A DNA stretch of 64,000 nt from Adineta vaga (lineage: Eukaryota > Animalia > Rotifera): positions 12,710,001-12,774,000 of the forward strand of contig CP075497.1 of NCBI GenBank assembly GCA_021613535.1, written 5' to 3'. Within the stretch, counting starts at the first letter, position 1; every line of letters begins with the position of its first letter. Of the stretch, positions 36,992 to 49,162 are shown piece after piece. The notes under the pieces were generated by a model that worked only from the letters and a program-made list of their open reading frames with translations, had not been told where the DNA came from and ran no database searches. Position numbers and translations under genes: made by a program.

Positions 36992-38448
36992 ATGCTGAAA
37001 CTTTTATTAATTCTCTCGTTAATAATAAACATAAATTCATTGAAAATTGATGAATATATATCTTCAGTAGAAGTTTTAATTCAAGATGAAAAATTTCTTG
37101 AAGAATATACAAAATGGTCATTAAAATTATTTTCAACAGAAGATTATATTTATGGTAAACAGAATCAACAATTTCCATGTGAAATTAATTCAAAAAGACA
37201 AATCAATAATTCACTAACAGTTCATACACTTCGTCCAAATGATATTCAATGTGTTGGAGCTATTGGAGATAGTTTAACAGCTGGATTAGGTGCGCATGCT
37301 TTAACACCTGTGGGATTATTTACTGAAAATCGAGGTAAATTTAATATGATATATATATATAGAAAATAACTTTGATGATTGAAGGTGTTTCATGGTCAAT
37401 TGGTGGTGATTATTCATTTAAACAATTAGTTACATTACCAAATATTCTTCGTCAATATAATCCTCAATTAAAAGGTTTTTCAACAAAACAATCATTAATT
37501 TTTGGAAAAGGACAAAATTCCTCACATAATGCTCTTAATGTTGGTAAGTTTATCGTTTTTCTTAATGTTAACTATTCTATTTCGAGAAAGAAAAATTTTA
37601 TTAAGCAAAATCCGGTGATCGATCTTATCATATGATTGATCAAATAAAAATTCTTCATAAAAGATTAATATCAAATGAATATTGTCATATAAATGATGAT
37701 TGGAAAATGATAACATTTTTTATTGGAGTAAGTTGAGATCGAAATCAATTGATTTGATTTGAATTATTTGATTATAGGGAAATGATTTATGTATATTTTG
37801 TGAAGATCTAAATAAACATTCTCCATTAAATTTTACACATTACGTTGAAGAAACATTGGATTATCTTCATGCAAATTTTCCTCGTACATTCGTTAATCTT
37901 GTTCTTGTTCTTGATGTACGTAATGTTGAAAAATTAAATGCTGGTGGAACTGTTTGTAAATTACTTCATAATCGAACATGTCCATGTGCTGCTTTTCCTT
38001 CTGATGATGATCGAAGAACATTAAGTGAATGGATTCCATTATATCATAAATATATTGTGGATTTAATTAATACGGGAAAATATGATACACGAGATGATTT
38101 TACTGTTGTTATTCAACCGTTTATGGCACACACGCAAATTCCTTTAGTTGATGGAGAAATTGATTATAGTTTTTTTGCTCCAGATTGTTTTCATTTTAGT
38201 GGTTTGTCTAGTTATTTCTAAAGTCTGTTTGATACTTATTTCATATATTTGTAGGTAAAGGACATTCACGTGCTTCATTATCATTATGGAATAATATGCT
38301 TGAACAAGTTGGAGAAAAGAAATGGGAATGGCATCAAGGTGAAACATTGGAATGTCCAACTGAAGAAAGACCTTATTTTGCTACAAGATTAAATTCTCAT
38401 CAATCATTCGAAAAAATTCCTTTAATTAAATCAAAAGGAATTTCATAA
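36992..38448 (+). CDS. Secreted phospholipase B1-like GDSL lipase, copy 1 (5 exons)
   Basis: Signal peptide, [69 protein letters not shown]. Confidence 0.92.
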
Positions 38449-38851
38449 ATTCTTTTAATAAACTTTATTTCAGTTTTGAAAATAAAATCTTCTTTTCCTG
38501 TCTGATATTCGATTAAATAATCATTTTTATTGATGAAAATATCAAATGGAATCACAAATCTTACCATGAAATTTCCCGTTTAAAAAAAAGAATGACATTG
38601 AAAAACTCAAGGAGAAAAAAAGAGTGCCATTCGATGATTTTGTTTTATGTCTTAATATTCTTAGTTTTAATTATTAGATATATAAATAAATAATTATTAT
38701 TCAAGTCGAAAAAATCAAGAATAACTTGTTTTTCATTCATTTCTTTTTATTTGATTTCTGAAGAAATAGAGAAGAAAAATGCAGAAAATGATTAAATATT
38801 ATAACATAATGAAAGAGAAATAAATAAATGTCGAACAAAAGTAAACGAACT

Positions 38852-40065
38852 TTAAGTTCGACAATGCCCAAGTGGTTTCTAAAAGAGAAAAAAAATCTTC
38901 TTCTTTACAAATCTTAGCGAGAAAAAATATCTATGAAACTTACAAATCCACCAAGCATTTTCGAAATGGAAGCAGATAATTGATCTTTATCGATATTTTC
39001 CTGTATTGAATCTCCAAAGACATTACGTATGTATGTTAATATTTCATACAGTTGCTCTTCATGAACCTTAAGATCGTATAATAATCTTATCTTGGTATTT
39101 GTAATATCAACTAAAAATAAAGAAAAGAAATCAAGATTTTCTTTTTGTAGAAAATTTTACTTGGTCGAACAGAACAATATTCTTTGAGAAAATGTTCTAT
39201 TCTTGTGGCAGTTGCAATATTATATTCAAGACGTTCTTCACTATTCAATTGATTAATTTCCAACGATGACCAACTATCATATGGACCACTGGAAAACGAT
39301 TCATCTTCTGGAAGAAAAAACAATAAACTAAATATTTATTATTCAAAGCTTAGAATATTTACTTCGTTTTGATTTGGATTGATGTTTGATCTAGATGAAA
39401 AATAATTCTTTGAATAAATCAGATTAATATGTATAACTGACTGTTCACCATGATAAGATCTTTTCTTTTTTGTTGGATTTTCGTTTATATCTGATGAAGA
39501 TGAGAAAGTATTTTCATTTCCTAAAAAAAGTTAATAAAATGATCGTTTCCATTGAATATGTTTGTTTCTTATTTCTATTTACCAATTGATAATTGATGTT
39601 CTCTATTCAAAGCAATTGATTTCATTTGTTTAATAAAACGTTCGATATTGACTTGAAATGCCGATCGAATCTTTTTTGTCTCCTCATCGAATAAATATTT
39701 TTGACTTTCAATACTCAACAATTTTTTATCCTTTTCGATAACAGCAATAATATCAACACTAATCAGACAATGAGCCGAATCAATATCAATTTCTCCTAGA
39801 AATCGGCTCATCTTTTCTCCATGTACTTCTTTAACCAATTGAAGAAATTCGATACGACCGCGTGCATAATAAATCTTTCTAAGTAAAGGAGAAAACTTCT
39901 TCTTTCTAAAATAGAATCAACAATTCTATACGTATTTTCTGTCCAAAATGTTAACAAAACATCATAATATACATACGCTGCGCATTGTGAGATTGATGTC
40001 ATTTTGTTCATATTAATAAGTCCAACAATGTTTGTTTTCGAATGGAAATCAAATGAATTCTTCAA
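38852..40065 (-). pseudogene. Multi-exon hypothetical gene with an apparent frameshift near 39810-39850
   Basis: Overlapping ORFs 39808..40065 and 39575..39838 in different frames, followed by small GT-AG-bounded exons (includes ORF 39111..39323); no recognised domain or clear start. Confidence 0.4.
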
Positions 40066-40843
40066 AGATATTGTTCACTTATATATGTAACCTTTCTTTC
40101 ATTCAATCGAAAGAAGAGAATTGGCCGAATGATATTGACCAAGATGAAAATAATTATAGATGACACTCGAGTATGTTTGACATATACGAAGGAAAATCTT
40201 TCTGTAAGAATATTGTGTTCTTTTTAGAGTTTATAATAGAATCGATAAATATTCATGTAATTACTTTTTAATGAAAATATTTATTTCAATAAATCGAAAT
40301 ATAATAAAAATATTTCATATATGTGTTTGCTTTTATCTCTTTTTTTTAAACCTTCCTCCTAAAAAAATCGAAATCTTTTCAGATAAGTCTATAGGTGAAT
40401 ATTATCAAACCTGGAGAAGAAGAATCAATAGGGTTTTGAGGTTAATTCTCTTCGAAAAAGTGGATATTAGATTAGACGGTGGTTTTACCAACGTATTTCC
40501 AGCATTGCTCTACCTGAGTACGAAATAAACCCAAATCTTATTTTTGACAGAGCGTCAAAAACTACAGGTCTTATGAAAGTCATTTTTTGATGAAGTTGTT
40601 CTATTATTATACCGAAAAGCGTTTTCGTAATTTGTGTTCTATTTTTTTTGGAATGTTTTGAGTGTCTTAATTTGTCAACTATTTTTTTCCCTTACCATAG
40701 AAGATTTTATTCCAAAAAAAGAGCCTCATAGATCCTGTATCTTGAGATGCTCTTTCTAACAAAAGAAAATCTATATAATCGATGAGAATTCAAAGAGAAA
40801 TCTGGCGGGCAAAATATATCATTCTTTTACCCTTGTTCAATAT

Positions 40844-41357
40844 CAGTGTGAAGCTAGCACCACGAAACTATGAGTTTTGTAAAAACGAATTCCCGTCGAT
40901 AAAAATGAGTCTATTCGACGCAGAATTTAATTCTGAGTCGAATGGTGACATTTTTATTCACGGGAAAACGATAGAAAAAACTTTTCTTTGATCTATATTT
41001 GTCTTCTACACATGTATATGCATCATTATACGACATTCGGCACGCAATTTCTCTGCACAGAATGAATTCCCGTCCATGAAAAAGTGTGTGTTTGACGCAG
41101 AATTTGATTCTGCATCGAATGGCGCTACTTTCATTCACGGGAAAACGATGAGGACGAAGCTTACCTCGATTTTTATTTTCCTCTCATACTTACATATATA
41201 AAAGAAAAACTCGAATAAAATTTGTCCATTCGTTTTCCCGTGAATGAAAGCAGCGCCATTCGACTCAGAATCAAATTCTGCATCGAATAGACTCATTTCT
41301 ATCGACGGGAATTCGTCTTCAAAAAACTCTTAGTTTCGTGGTGCTAGCTTCACACTG
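40844..41357. mobile_element. MITE, 514 bp, with about 130-bp terminal inverted repeats (CAGTGTGAAGCTAGCACCACGAAACTA...), flanked by AT on both sides
   Basis: Left CAGTGTGAAGCTAGCACCACGAAACTA versus right TAGTTTCGTGGTGCTAGCTTCACACTG; internal extra copy of the GAATTCCCGTC...TTCACGGGAAAACGAT subrepeat; second family member at 59829. Confidence 0.9.
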
Positions 41358-41359
41358 AT

Positions 41360-43034
41360 AATTAAGTTTTCTTTCCGATACTTTAATTCTCAAACTGAAT
41401 ATTATCTTTCTTCTAAGTAACTGGTTGAAAACAAAAAAGAATCTGTTAATGTGGGTGTTCGATATATTTATCTTTTGATAATCAAGTTTCTTTTTTACTT
41501 CTGTGTGAATAATAACCAACTGATATTTTGATTATATTTATCTGATTGATTGAAAAGTTTTACATAAAAAAAATAAATCTAAAAGAAAAATGCTGAAATT
41601 TTTATTAATTCTCTCGTTGATAATAAACATAAATTCATTGAAAATTGATGAATATATATCTTCAGTAGAAGTTTTAATTCAAGATGAAAAATTTCTTGAA
41701 GAATATACAAAATGGTCATTAAAATTATTTTCAACAGAAGATTATATTTATGGTAAACAGAATCAACAATTTCCATGTGAAATTAATTCAAAAAGACAAA
41801 TCAATAATTCACTAACAGTTCATACACTTCGTCCAAATGATATTCAATGTGTTGGAGCTATTGGAGATAGTTTAACAGCTGGATTAGGTGCGCATGCTTT
41901 AACACCTGTGGGATTATTTACTGAAAATCGAGGTAAATTTAATATGATATATATATATAGAAAATAACTTTGATAATTGAAGGTGTTTCATGGTCAATTG
42001 GTGGTGATTATTCATTTAAACAATTAGTTACATTACCAAATATTCTTCGTCAATATAATCCTCAATTAAAAGGTTTTTCAACAAAACAGTCATTAATTTT
42101 TGGAAAAGGACAAAACTCCTCACATAATGCTCTTAATGTTGGTAAGTTTATCGTTTTTCTTAATGTTAACTATTCTATTTCGAAAAAGAAAAATTTTATT
42201 AAGCAAAATCCGGTGATCGATCTTATCATATGATTGATCAAATAAAAATTCTTCATGAAAGATTAATATCAAATGAATATTGTCATATAAATGATGATTG
42301 GAAAATGATAACATTTTTTATTGGAGTAAGTTGAGATCGAAATCAATTGATTTGATTTGAATTATTTGATTATAGGGAAATGATTTATGTATATTTTGTG
42401 AAGATTTAAATAAACATTCTCCATTAAATTTTACACATTACGTTGAAGAAACATTGGATTATCTTCATGCAAATTTTCCTCGTACATTTGTTAATCTTGT
42501 TCTTGTTCTTGATGTACGTAATGTTGAGAAATTAAATGCTGGTGGAACTGTTTGTAAATTACTTCATAATCGAACATGTCCATGTGCTGCTTTTCCTTCT
42601 GATGATGATCGAAGAACATTAAGTGAATGGATTCCATTATATCATAAATATATTGTGGATTTAATTAATACGGGAAAATATGATACACGAGATGATTTTA
42701 CTGTTGTTATTCAACCGTTTATGGCACACACGCAAATTCCTTTAGTTGATGGAGAAATTGATTATAGTTTTTTTGCTCCAGATTGTTTTCATTTTAGTGG
42801 TTTGTCTAGTTATTTCTAAAGTCTGTTTGATACTTATTTCATATATTTGTAGGTAAAGGACATTCACGTGCTTCATTATCATTATGGAATAATATGCTTG
42901 AACAAGTTGGAGAAAAGAAATGGGAATGGCATCAAGGTGAAACATTGGAATGTCCAACTGAAGAAAGACCTTATTTTGCTACAAGATTAAATTCTCATCA
43001 ATCATTCGAAAAAATTCCTTTAAATAAATCAAAA
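41360..43034 (+). repeat. Near-identical direct duplication of 36762..38436 (offset 4598 bp)
   Basis: Promoter, exons and introns are the same apart from scattered substitutions. Confidence 0.95.
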
Positions 43035-43043
43035 AAGATTTAA
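41590..43043 (+). CDS. Secreted phospholipase B1-like GDSL lipase, copy 2
   Basis: Same motifs and exon structure as copy 1; visible protein differences are L4F and the last few residues. Confidence 0.92.
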
Positions 43044-43544
43044 AACGTCGCTTTTTTCTTTTCAATTTACTTCAATAAAAAGAAATTTCTACTATTCAAT
43101 TTCGAATCTTACTAAGATTGACTTCAGATTAATTTAAACGTTGTTTAATAATAGAACAGTTACCTTATTATCGAAAAATACAGATTTATAATGAGAAATG
43201 TATTCTTTAGAATACTTTGATGAATAATCGCAAATAACGGAGTATTGTTTTTCTTCTCCGCATTTTCTATGAAAACGAAATTGTTTATTTGTATATTTAT
43301 ATCTATATGAGAAGAAAAAAATAACATTCCTAGCATAATCAACCTACCTATAGGTCATTTTTTCGGTGAGAAACCGAATTTTATTTTCGAATGAATACCT
43401 GGAAAGCTATCTTGTAATTATAATGATAAAAGCAGTGGAGCACGAAAAATATCTTCAATGAAGAAATAAAACTATATAATATTGAGATACAAATCAAGTA
43501 TTCAATTCTTTTTATAGCATATAAATCGATCATTTGTGTGTACA

Positions 43545-44099
43545 ATGGCAAACGATAAAGCAAAAGTTGATGAAAAAATAAACATGCACGATGTAGCTGC
43601 TGATTGGTTCTTTCAACAATATTATCATAGTGAAACACGGCCATATCATACACTTTACCATGATTATACGAAAACATTAATGAATTTAGCCGGAGCTGAT
43701 GGTGTATTAGCTGACAAAGAACGTCAATGGATCTTAGGTAATCTAGCAGCAAAAGGTGGCGATGAAAAAATGTACAATTTTTTCAAAACATATATGCCAA
43801 GTAAAGAGGATCTTGAGAAAATAATCAAAGAAAAACCAGGATTTACTGAAGTCGTATCTCGATCAACTATTTTCGACGCATTCATAGCTGCTTCCGCTGA
43901 CAATGAATTACACAAAGACGAACGAGATGCTATCTATCGATTGGGGCATACCATGGGCTTAGAAGATACACTTTTACAACAAATTGAAGATATGGCTGCT
44001 CGAGAAAAATCTCATCGACTTCAAGTTCTTAATCTTGTGTTTCCACAAGGTTTACAACATGCATGTGATACAGCCATTGTGGATTATAAGAATAATTAA
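43545..44099 (+). CDS. TerB/DjlA-N-like helical protein (bacterial-type), intronless
   Basis: Duplicated TerB motifs LMNLAGADGVLADKERQWI and AFIAASADNELHKDERDAIYRLGHTMGL. Confidence 0.75.
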   Translation: MANDKAKVDEKINMHDVAADWFFQQYYHSETRPYHTLYHDYTKTLMNLAGADGVLADKERQWILGNLAAKGGDEKMYNFFKTYMPSKEDLEKIIKEKPGFTEVVSRSTIFDAFIAASADNELHKDERDAIYRLGHTMGLEDTLLQQIEDMAAREKSHRLQVLNLVFPQGLQHACDTAIVDYKNN

Positions 44100-44351
44100 A
44101 CATCGTTTGTCAGAAAATAAAATACGAATATTATAGAAATTGTTCACTAACAGTATTAACTATTTAACTTTTATTGATCTTATATAATACTATTTGATGA
44201 ATTGTTCTCTGACGAAAGTCTTATGATACTGAGCATATTCAGAGGTCGAAAGTTTGACTCCAATAACATAAGTTGAATCTCATAGAATCATATTGCGTGT
44301 TTTCAATTGAAAATGAATTCAGATTTAAAAAAATAAAAGATTTATTTAAAT

Positions 44352-45449
44352 TTAAAAGAAAGTTTTTTCTTCTTGATCTTGTTTTTGAATATTTTCATGC
44401 GTTCGATTAAAAATCGGTTCATGAATAAAACCATTTCGATGATAATGAGTTAATGATGATATGTACGGAATTAATTTTTCATACGAAAATTTAAAATCTT
44501 GTTGAACTTGATTCCTTTCGTGGAAAATTTCATTCGAAGTTTTTTCAATCCATTTGGAAGTTATTTCGAAAAAATGAATTCCTGATTGATAATGATTTTC
44601 TTTTGCTTGAATTTTTCCTTGATAATCTTGATGAATTTTGACTAACATTTCTTTTTCTTGATCATTTGGTGAAATATAATTAAAATCAGGATAATTTCCA
44701 TTTAATCTTTTCGGTAAATAATTCCTATCAATAAATTGATTTAAATCATCAAGATTTTTAATAAAATGAATTTTTTGTTGAACAACTGGATCTAACCAAG
44801 ATTTAATTAAATACCAACAACTATTAAATAACCAAGGAGCATTAACAATCAAAGCTAAACCAAGTGATTCAGGATAATAATTTTGAAGAAGATTAATGAG
44901 AAATTTAACATGTTGATAATCCATATTTTTCATTGAAAATCCATCCATATCGAAAAGAACAGTTACAGATTCATTGGGATATTTTAATAATTTTCTTCCA
45001 ATTTCCATTGAAAGAATTGTTAATTTTTCTGTTGATTCAGATGGAAATTGTCCTTTAATATGATCTTTAACTGAAACATAATTAATTGGTCGACCAAATT
45101 TATCTGAACAAATAAAAAATGTTTTTCCAGATAAAATTTCTTCATATTCAATTTGATTTTCACCATGGAAAAGAATATTTTGAATATCGATTTCAATTCT
45201 CCATTGAATTGTTTGAATTAATTGTTCTAAAGCTAATTGAATATTCCATTTTCTTGCTCTTAAAAATCGTAATAAAATCACATCAGGATTATCTAATCCA
45301 AATAAATAAAATAATTCTTTTTTCATATTTTCATTTTCTTCTTTATTAATATATTCCAAAAGAATTTTCCAAAATTCTTTTAAATTTTCTTTTTGATTTT
45401 TATCAAGATTATCTAAATCAATATAAAATATTTCTTTATCAAATTTCAT
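44352..45449 (-). CDS. CRAL-TRIO/Sec14 lipid-transfer protein, fungal Csr1-like, intronless
   Basis: DNPDVILLRFLRARKWN, FDMDGFSMKNMDY..VKFLI..LQNYYPESLG, NAPWLF..W..IKSWLDPVVQQKIHF. Confidence 0.9.
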   Translation of the reverse strand: MKFDKEIFYIDLDNLDKNQKENLKEFWKILLEYINKEENENMKKELFYLFGLDNPDVILLRFLRARKWNIQLALEQLIQTIQWRIEIDIQNILFHGENQIEYEEILSGKTFFICSDKFGRPINYVSVKDHIKGQFPSESTEKLTILSMEIGRKLLKYPNESVTVLFDMDGFSMKNMDYQHVKFLINLLQNYYPESLGLALIVNAPWLFNSCWYLIKSWLDPVVQQKIHFIKNLDDLNQFIDRNYLPKRLNGNYPDFNYISPNDQEKEMLVKIHQDYQGKIQAKENHYQSGIHFFEITSKWIEKTSNEIFHERNQVQQDFKFSYEKLIPYISSLTHYHRNGFIHEPIFNRTHENIQKQDQEEKTFF

Positions 45450-46789
45450 TTCAATTCTTCTTACTAATATGTCCCGGATCATTAGCTGTCATGTTGTTTT
45501 ATGAATAACAAATAATCAGATGGATTTTTGTTTATAGTTTTACCTTATAGACATGTGATTTGGTATAACCTTGACGAAAAGAAAAACAACGTCATATTAT
45601 TTCTCATTTGTATTTATAATCAAACAAAAGAAAAAAAATGTCTATATATTTCGTTCTTTTTTTTATTAATGAATATTTTTTGAAATCGAATAAAAAATGA
45701 AGAAATCTTTAGAAAAAATTAATCCAATCGTATATATTAATGTTTATGAATTTCCATTTATAAACTAAATTTTACTCATTATGGTAACGGAATGTAAAAA
45801 TCTTTTTTTTTATTTCAATTCTTTTATTATTCATTTTTCATAGTCATAGCTAAAATCATATATTTTAACATCTTTTTTGAAATACATGATTTAAATGGTT
45901 TGTTTTCTTTAAATTAAATGATTGGATTTTGTTTTTGATTGAAACGATAAATTCCGAAGAAATTCAAATGATTATGAATTATTGTTCATTAAACATTAGC
46001 TTGCCAACATTCAAATGAGGACGTGGACATATCATGTATCTTTTCTTACCCATATATCCTCAACACAATGAGATATCTTATTTGATAGTTCGTGACATGT
46101 ATCTAGAAATGGATCTATCGTAATATTCTTGATAGAATTGAAATGAAAGCTTACCACTATTCCAACAAATACAAGGGCCATCACTATAAGCAGACGAAAA
46201 GACGATAGAGATAGACCAGCAAAAAATGATAGATGCACGCATTTTTAAATAATATTCACGAGTCATCTATCATGAAACTAATGAGATACTTAATTATGTT
46301 ACGATTGTTTCAATACTTTCACAGAAATCGATTTTCTAATTTCAGTTCTCTACTATCACATCTTAAGTGAGAAAATCAATTAACATTTAGCTTTTATATT
46401 TTATTCATCGATAAAAAATTCAATTTCTTTTCATTTTTCATTCGAATATTTATTATAAAAATTAAAAAACGAATATTAATTAGTAATGAAAAAATCTTTA
46501 TTAATTACAGACGAATATAATGAACCATATTTTAAATATACATAGATGTCTTATATTAATCGATATATAAATTTACTATTTGAAGAGGGCGAAAAACGAA
46601 TCTGATTATTTTTATTGGCAATGAGTACACGATCATTGAATTTTATCTATTTATTGTTTTAAGAAAATTCAAAGCAAAATGATGTCTTCAGCTCAGGACA
46701 AAATGATGAACTTAATGATCTTACTATGGATTTGATTCTAAATGTAACTAAGAAATTTGAATTCTTTCATATCTCTGTTCTTGATCTTG

Positions 46790-47055
46790 ATTATTTAGAG
46801 TTGGCAGAATAAGTGAAGAATTTCTACGAGAAATACCATTTTTTGAAGCATGTAATGACGAGGACATTAAAACACTTGCTGAACAATTAGAAATAAAAAA
46901 ATATTATCAAGATGAATTGATTCTACGTGAAAATCAAATTAGCAATTTTTTCTATATAGTTTTAGAAGATAAAAATAAATAGAATGTTTTTTCGATTGAT
47001 AAACGATTTACGTTTTAGGTCAAGCCAATTGTTACATCGAATCTGGTGGATCAAA
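46790..47055 (+). pseudogene. Cyclic-nucleotide-binding-domain remnant (PKA regulatory-subunit-like), interrupted by a MITE
   Basis: Reads EEFLREIPFFEACNDEDIKTLAEQLEIKKYYQDELILRENQISNFFYIVLE. The expected GT donor is absent (GAAGAT). Next exon GQANCYIESGGS stops at the MITE at 47056. Confidence 0.55.
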
Positions 47056-47288
47056 CCCACGTCGAACAATACGATCCGTATATGGCTAATTATAGTATAA
47101 AAACGGACCGTATACTATGGCTGTAATAACGGGCGCAGTAATATGGTCCGTTTTGAATCTGTACATAGCCGAAAAGTAACAGTTTTGAAGGAGAATACAG
47201 TCGGTTTTCGAGGCCCTAAAGGTGCCGTTTTATCACAATTTACGTTCCGAAAACCCATTGCAAACGGCTCCGTTTTGATCGACCTGGG
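47056..47288. mobile_element. MITE with CCC termini (CACTA/EnSpm-like non-autonomous), 233 bp
   Basis: Left CCCACGTCGAACAATACG versus reverse complement of right end CCCAGGTCGATCAAAACG; no perfect TSD. Confidence 0.65.
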
Positions 47289-48000
47289 TATCTTCTTCAT
47301 TGAACGAGAACATTACTACAGTAATGGAAGACAAGATTAATACAGGTGAAAAACCAGTTACATTAATAAAAGAGACATAATCTAGATTCACTGTATTTTT
47401 CCTCGCAAATTAATCTAATCGATTGTAGTCTTTGCATAGAAGGGGATATTTAACATTTATTCGAACCTAGGGTTAGCCAGCTCTTGCGAATGTACGCTTC
47501 ACACTAATCGAATCTTAGATCGGTACCTGAAGAGAACGGTGGATATTAGATTCTTAAAGAGAATAACTTACCGATAATTTTGCGACCAATTTGTATAGCT
47601 TTCCTAGCTTCATTGAATTCGCCCAGATGATATAATGACTAACTACACAGACAAAATACAATCGGATGTTAAAATTTTCCAAAGAAACACTTTATCACTT
47701 ACCACCGAGAAGGTTCATTCCAGCCGTCGGAACGGCGTCTTATATCGTCTTTCTGTTTTGTAGATATTGTGTGAAATTGATCCACTTCTTTTTCTGAAAA
47801 TAAAAAGAAAACAAAATTAATATGTATTTTCATATGATAAGTCATGAGACATTACTTACACCTTATTTTCAGAATCTGTCATTCTTATCTCGAGCAAGAT
47901 TGATTAAAAAAGATTAAAAATATCATTCATTGTCGTTACTAAATTCTGTGATAAGTCAGATCGTTAGTGACTATAATCACACGAGAGTAACAATAGATGA

Positions 48001-48376
48001 CAGTGGTGCAACCAGGATCTTTAGACCAATGGGCAAACGTCTATTGCTTAAGAAAAAGATAATGGGCAAACTTTTTATCGATGGACCGAAAATGTTTTTC
48101 TTATTAATGTGCGAAAAACGCTCAAAGAACACAAACGTAGTGAAACGAGATAAAGTTCTTCTAATAAAAACTGTATTATACAGAGAGCTCAGGCTTAAGT
48201 TGAATATGGTTATTGACATATTTTTATTTTTTGCAACATTTATACTTCAAGTCAAATATCAAAATCAAGACGAAAAAAATATACCTGCTATCTAACTGAT
48301 AAACCGATATATCGATTTTAAAAAGTAAAATTTGAATGGCCAATTACCAACTTGCCTCCCCCTGGTTGCGCCACTG
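48001..48376. mobile_element. hAT-type MITE, 376 bp, with 8-bp TSD ATAGATGA
   Basis: TIRs CAGTGGTGCAACCAGG / CCTGGTTGCGCCACTG; ATAGATGA at 47993-48000 and 48377-48384. Confidence 0.92.
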
Positions 48377-48399
48377 ATAGATGACAATAACATATGTTT

Positions 48400-48960
48400 G
48401 TAACTTAGAAAAAAGAATTTTATTTCTTTTAAAACTTTTCGTCATATAAAACCGTTAATGTTATCAGGATAAAAAATAACAGTAAATATTTCATTTCGGT
48501 ACTTGTGTAATTTTTATTGAAATTATTGTTGATTTTTAATATTTATTTCAATTCTCAATTCAATTGTTTAAATAAATTGTTCTAAAACTGAATGATATAA
48601 CCATTTTTTTACTCTTTAAAATCCGAATACAATAACATGTTGAGATTATCTAATTCTGATAATTCTTTTTTCGAATTTCTCTTTATCAAAATTTTAATTT
48701 CTCCAACTAATATGTCCAAGATTATTGACTATCATTTTGTTTTATGAATAAAGAAAAAAAATAAAAGATATTTCATCACATTGATCATTTTAACTTAGAC
48801 ATGTGATTTGATATAACCTTGACGAAAACAAAAACAAAATAATATTTTTTCATAGTCATTCTATAATCAATCAAAAGAAGAAAAAAAAATATTTCGATTT
48901 TCTATTAAAAACTTCTGAAAATCTTTTATGTATTAAATCAAAAATGAGGAAATCTTTGAT
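48400..48960 (-). pseudogene. Decayed copy of the 5' part and upstream region of the CRAL-TRIO gene
   Basis: 48545-48670 aligns by eye with 45190-45325 (ATTTCAATTCTC.ATT.AATTGTTT.AAT.AATTGTTCTAAA...GATTATCTAAT); 48706-48960 aligns with 45463-45710; indels and stops present. Confidence 0.7.
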
Positions 48961-49162
48961 TTAAAATCTCATCTTTAATTGACAAGAAAAATATCTTCAA
49001 AGAAATATATTTCTTTCGCTGATTATGAATAAAGCATGACGATATTTTCTTTCGTTTTATTAGTAATTATAGTCAAAAACATGTTTATATAGATACAGAA
49101 TCGAAGTCATAATGTCGATAACATGTATAGAAGAGAAACATAACTGAGATTTTATTTATCAA

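Noticed and set aside
40380-40840. Possible older transposon fragment left of the MITE
   Set aside because: No definable ends or second copy in the window.
40782-41519. ORFs 40782..40991, 40911..41138, 41319..41519 (also 47115..47340, 47930..48295, 60007..60273)
   Set aside because: They lie within MITEs, TIR regions or duplicated promoter DNA and show no protein motifs.
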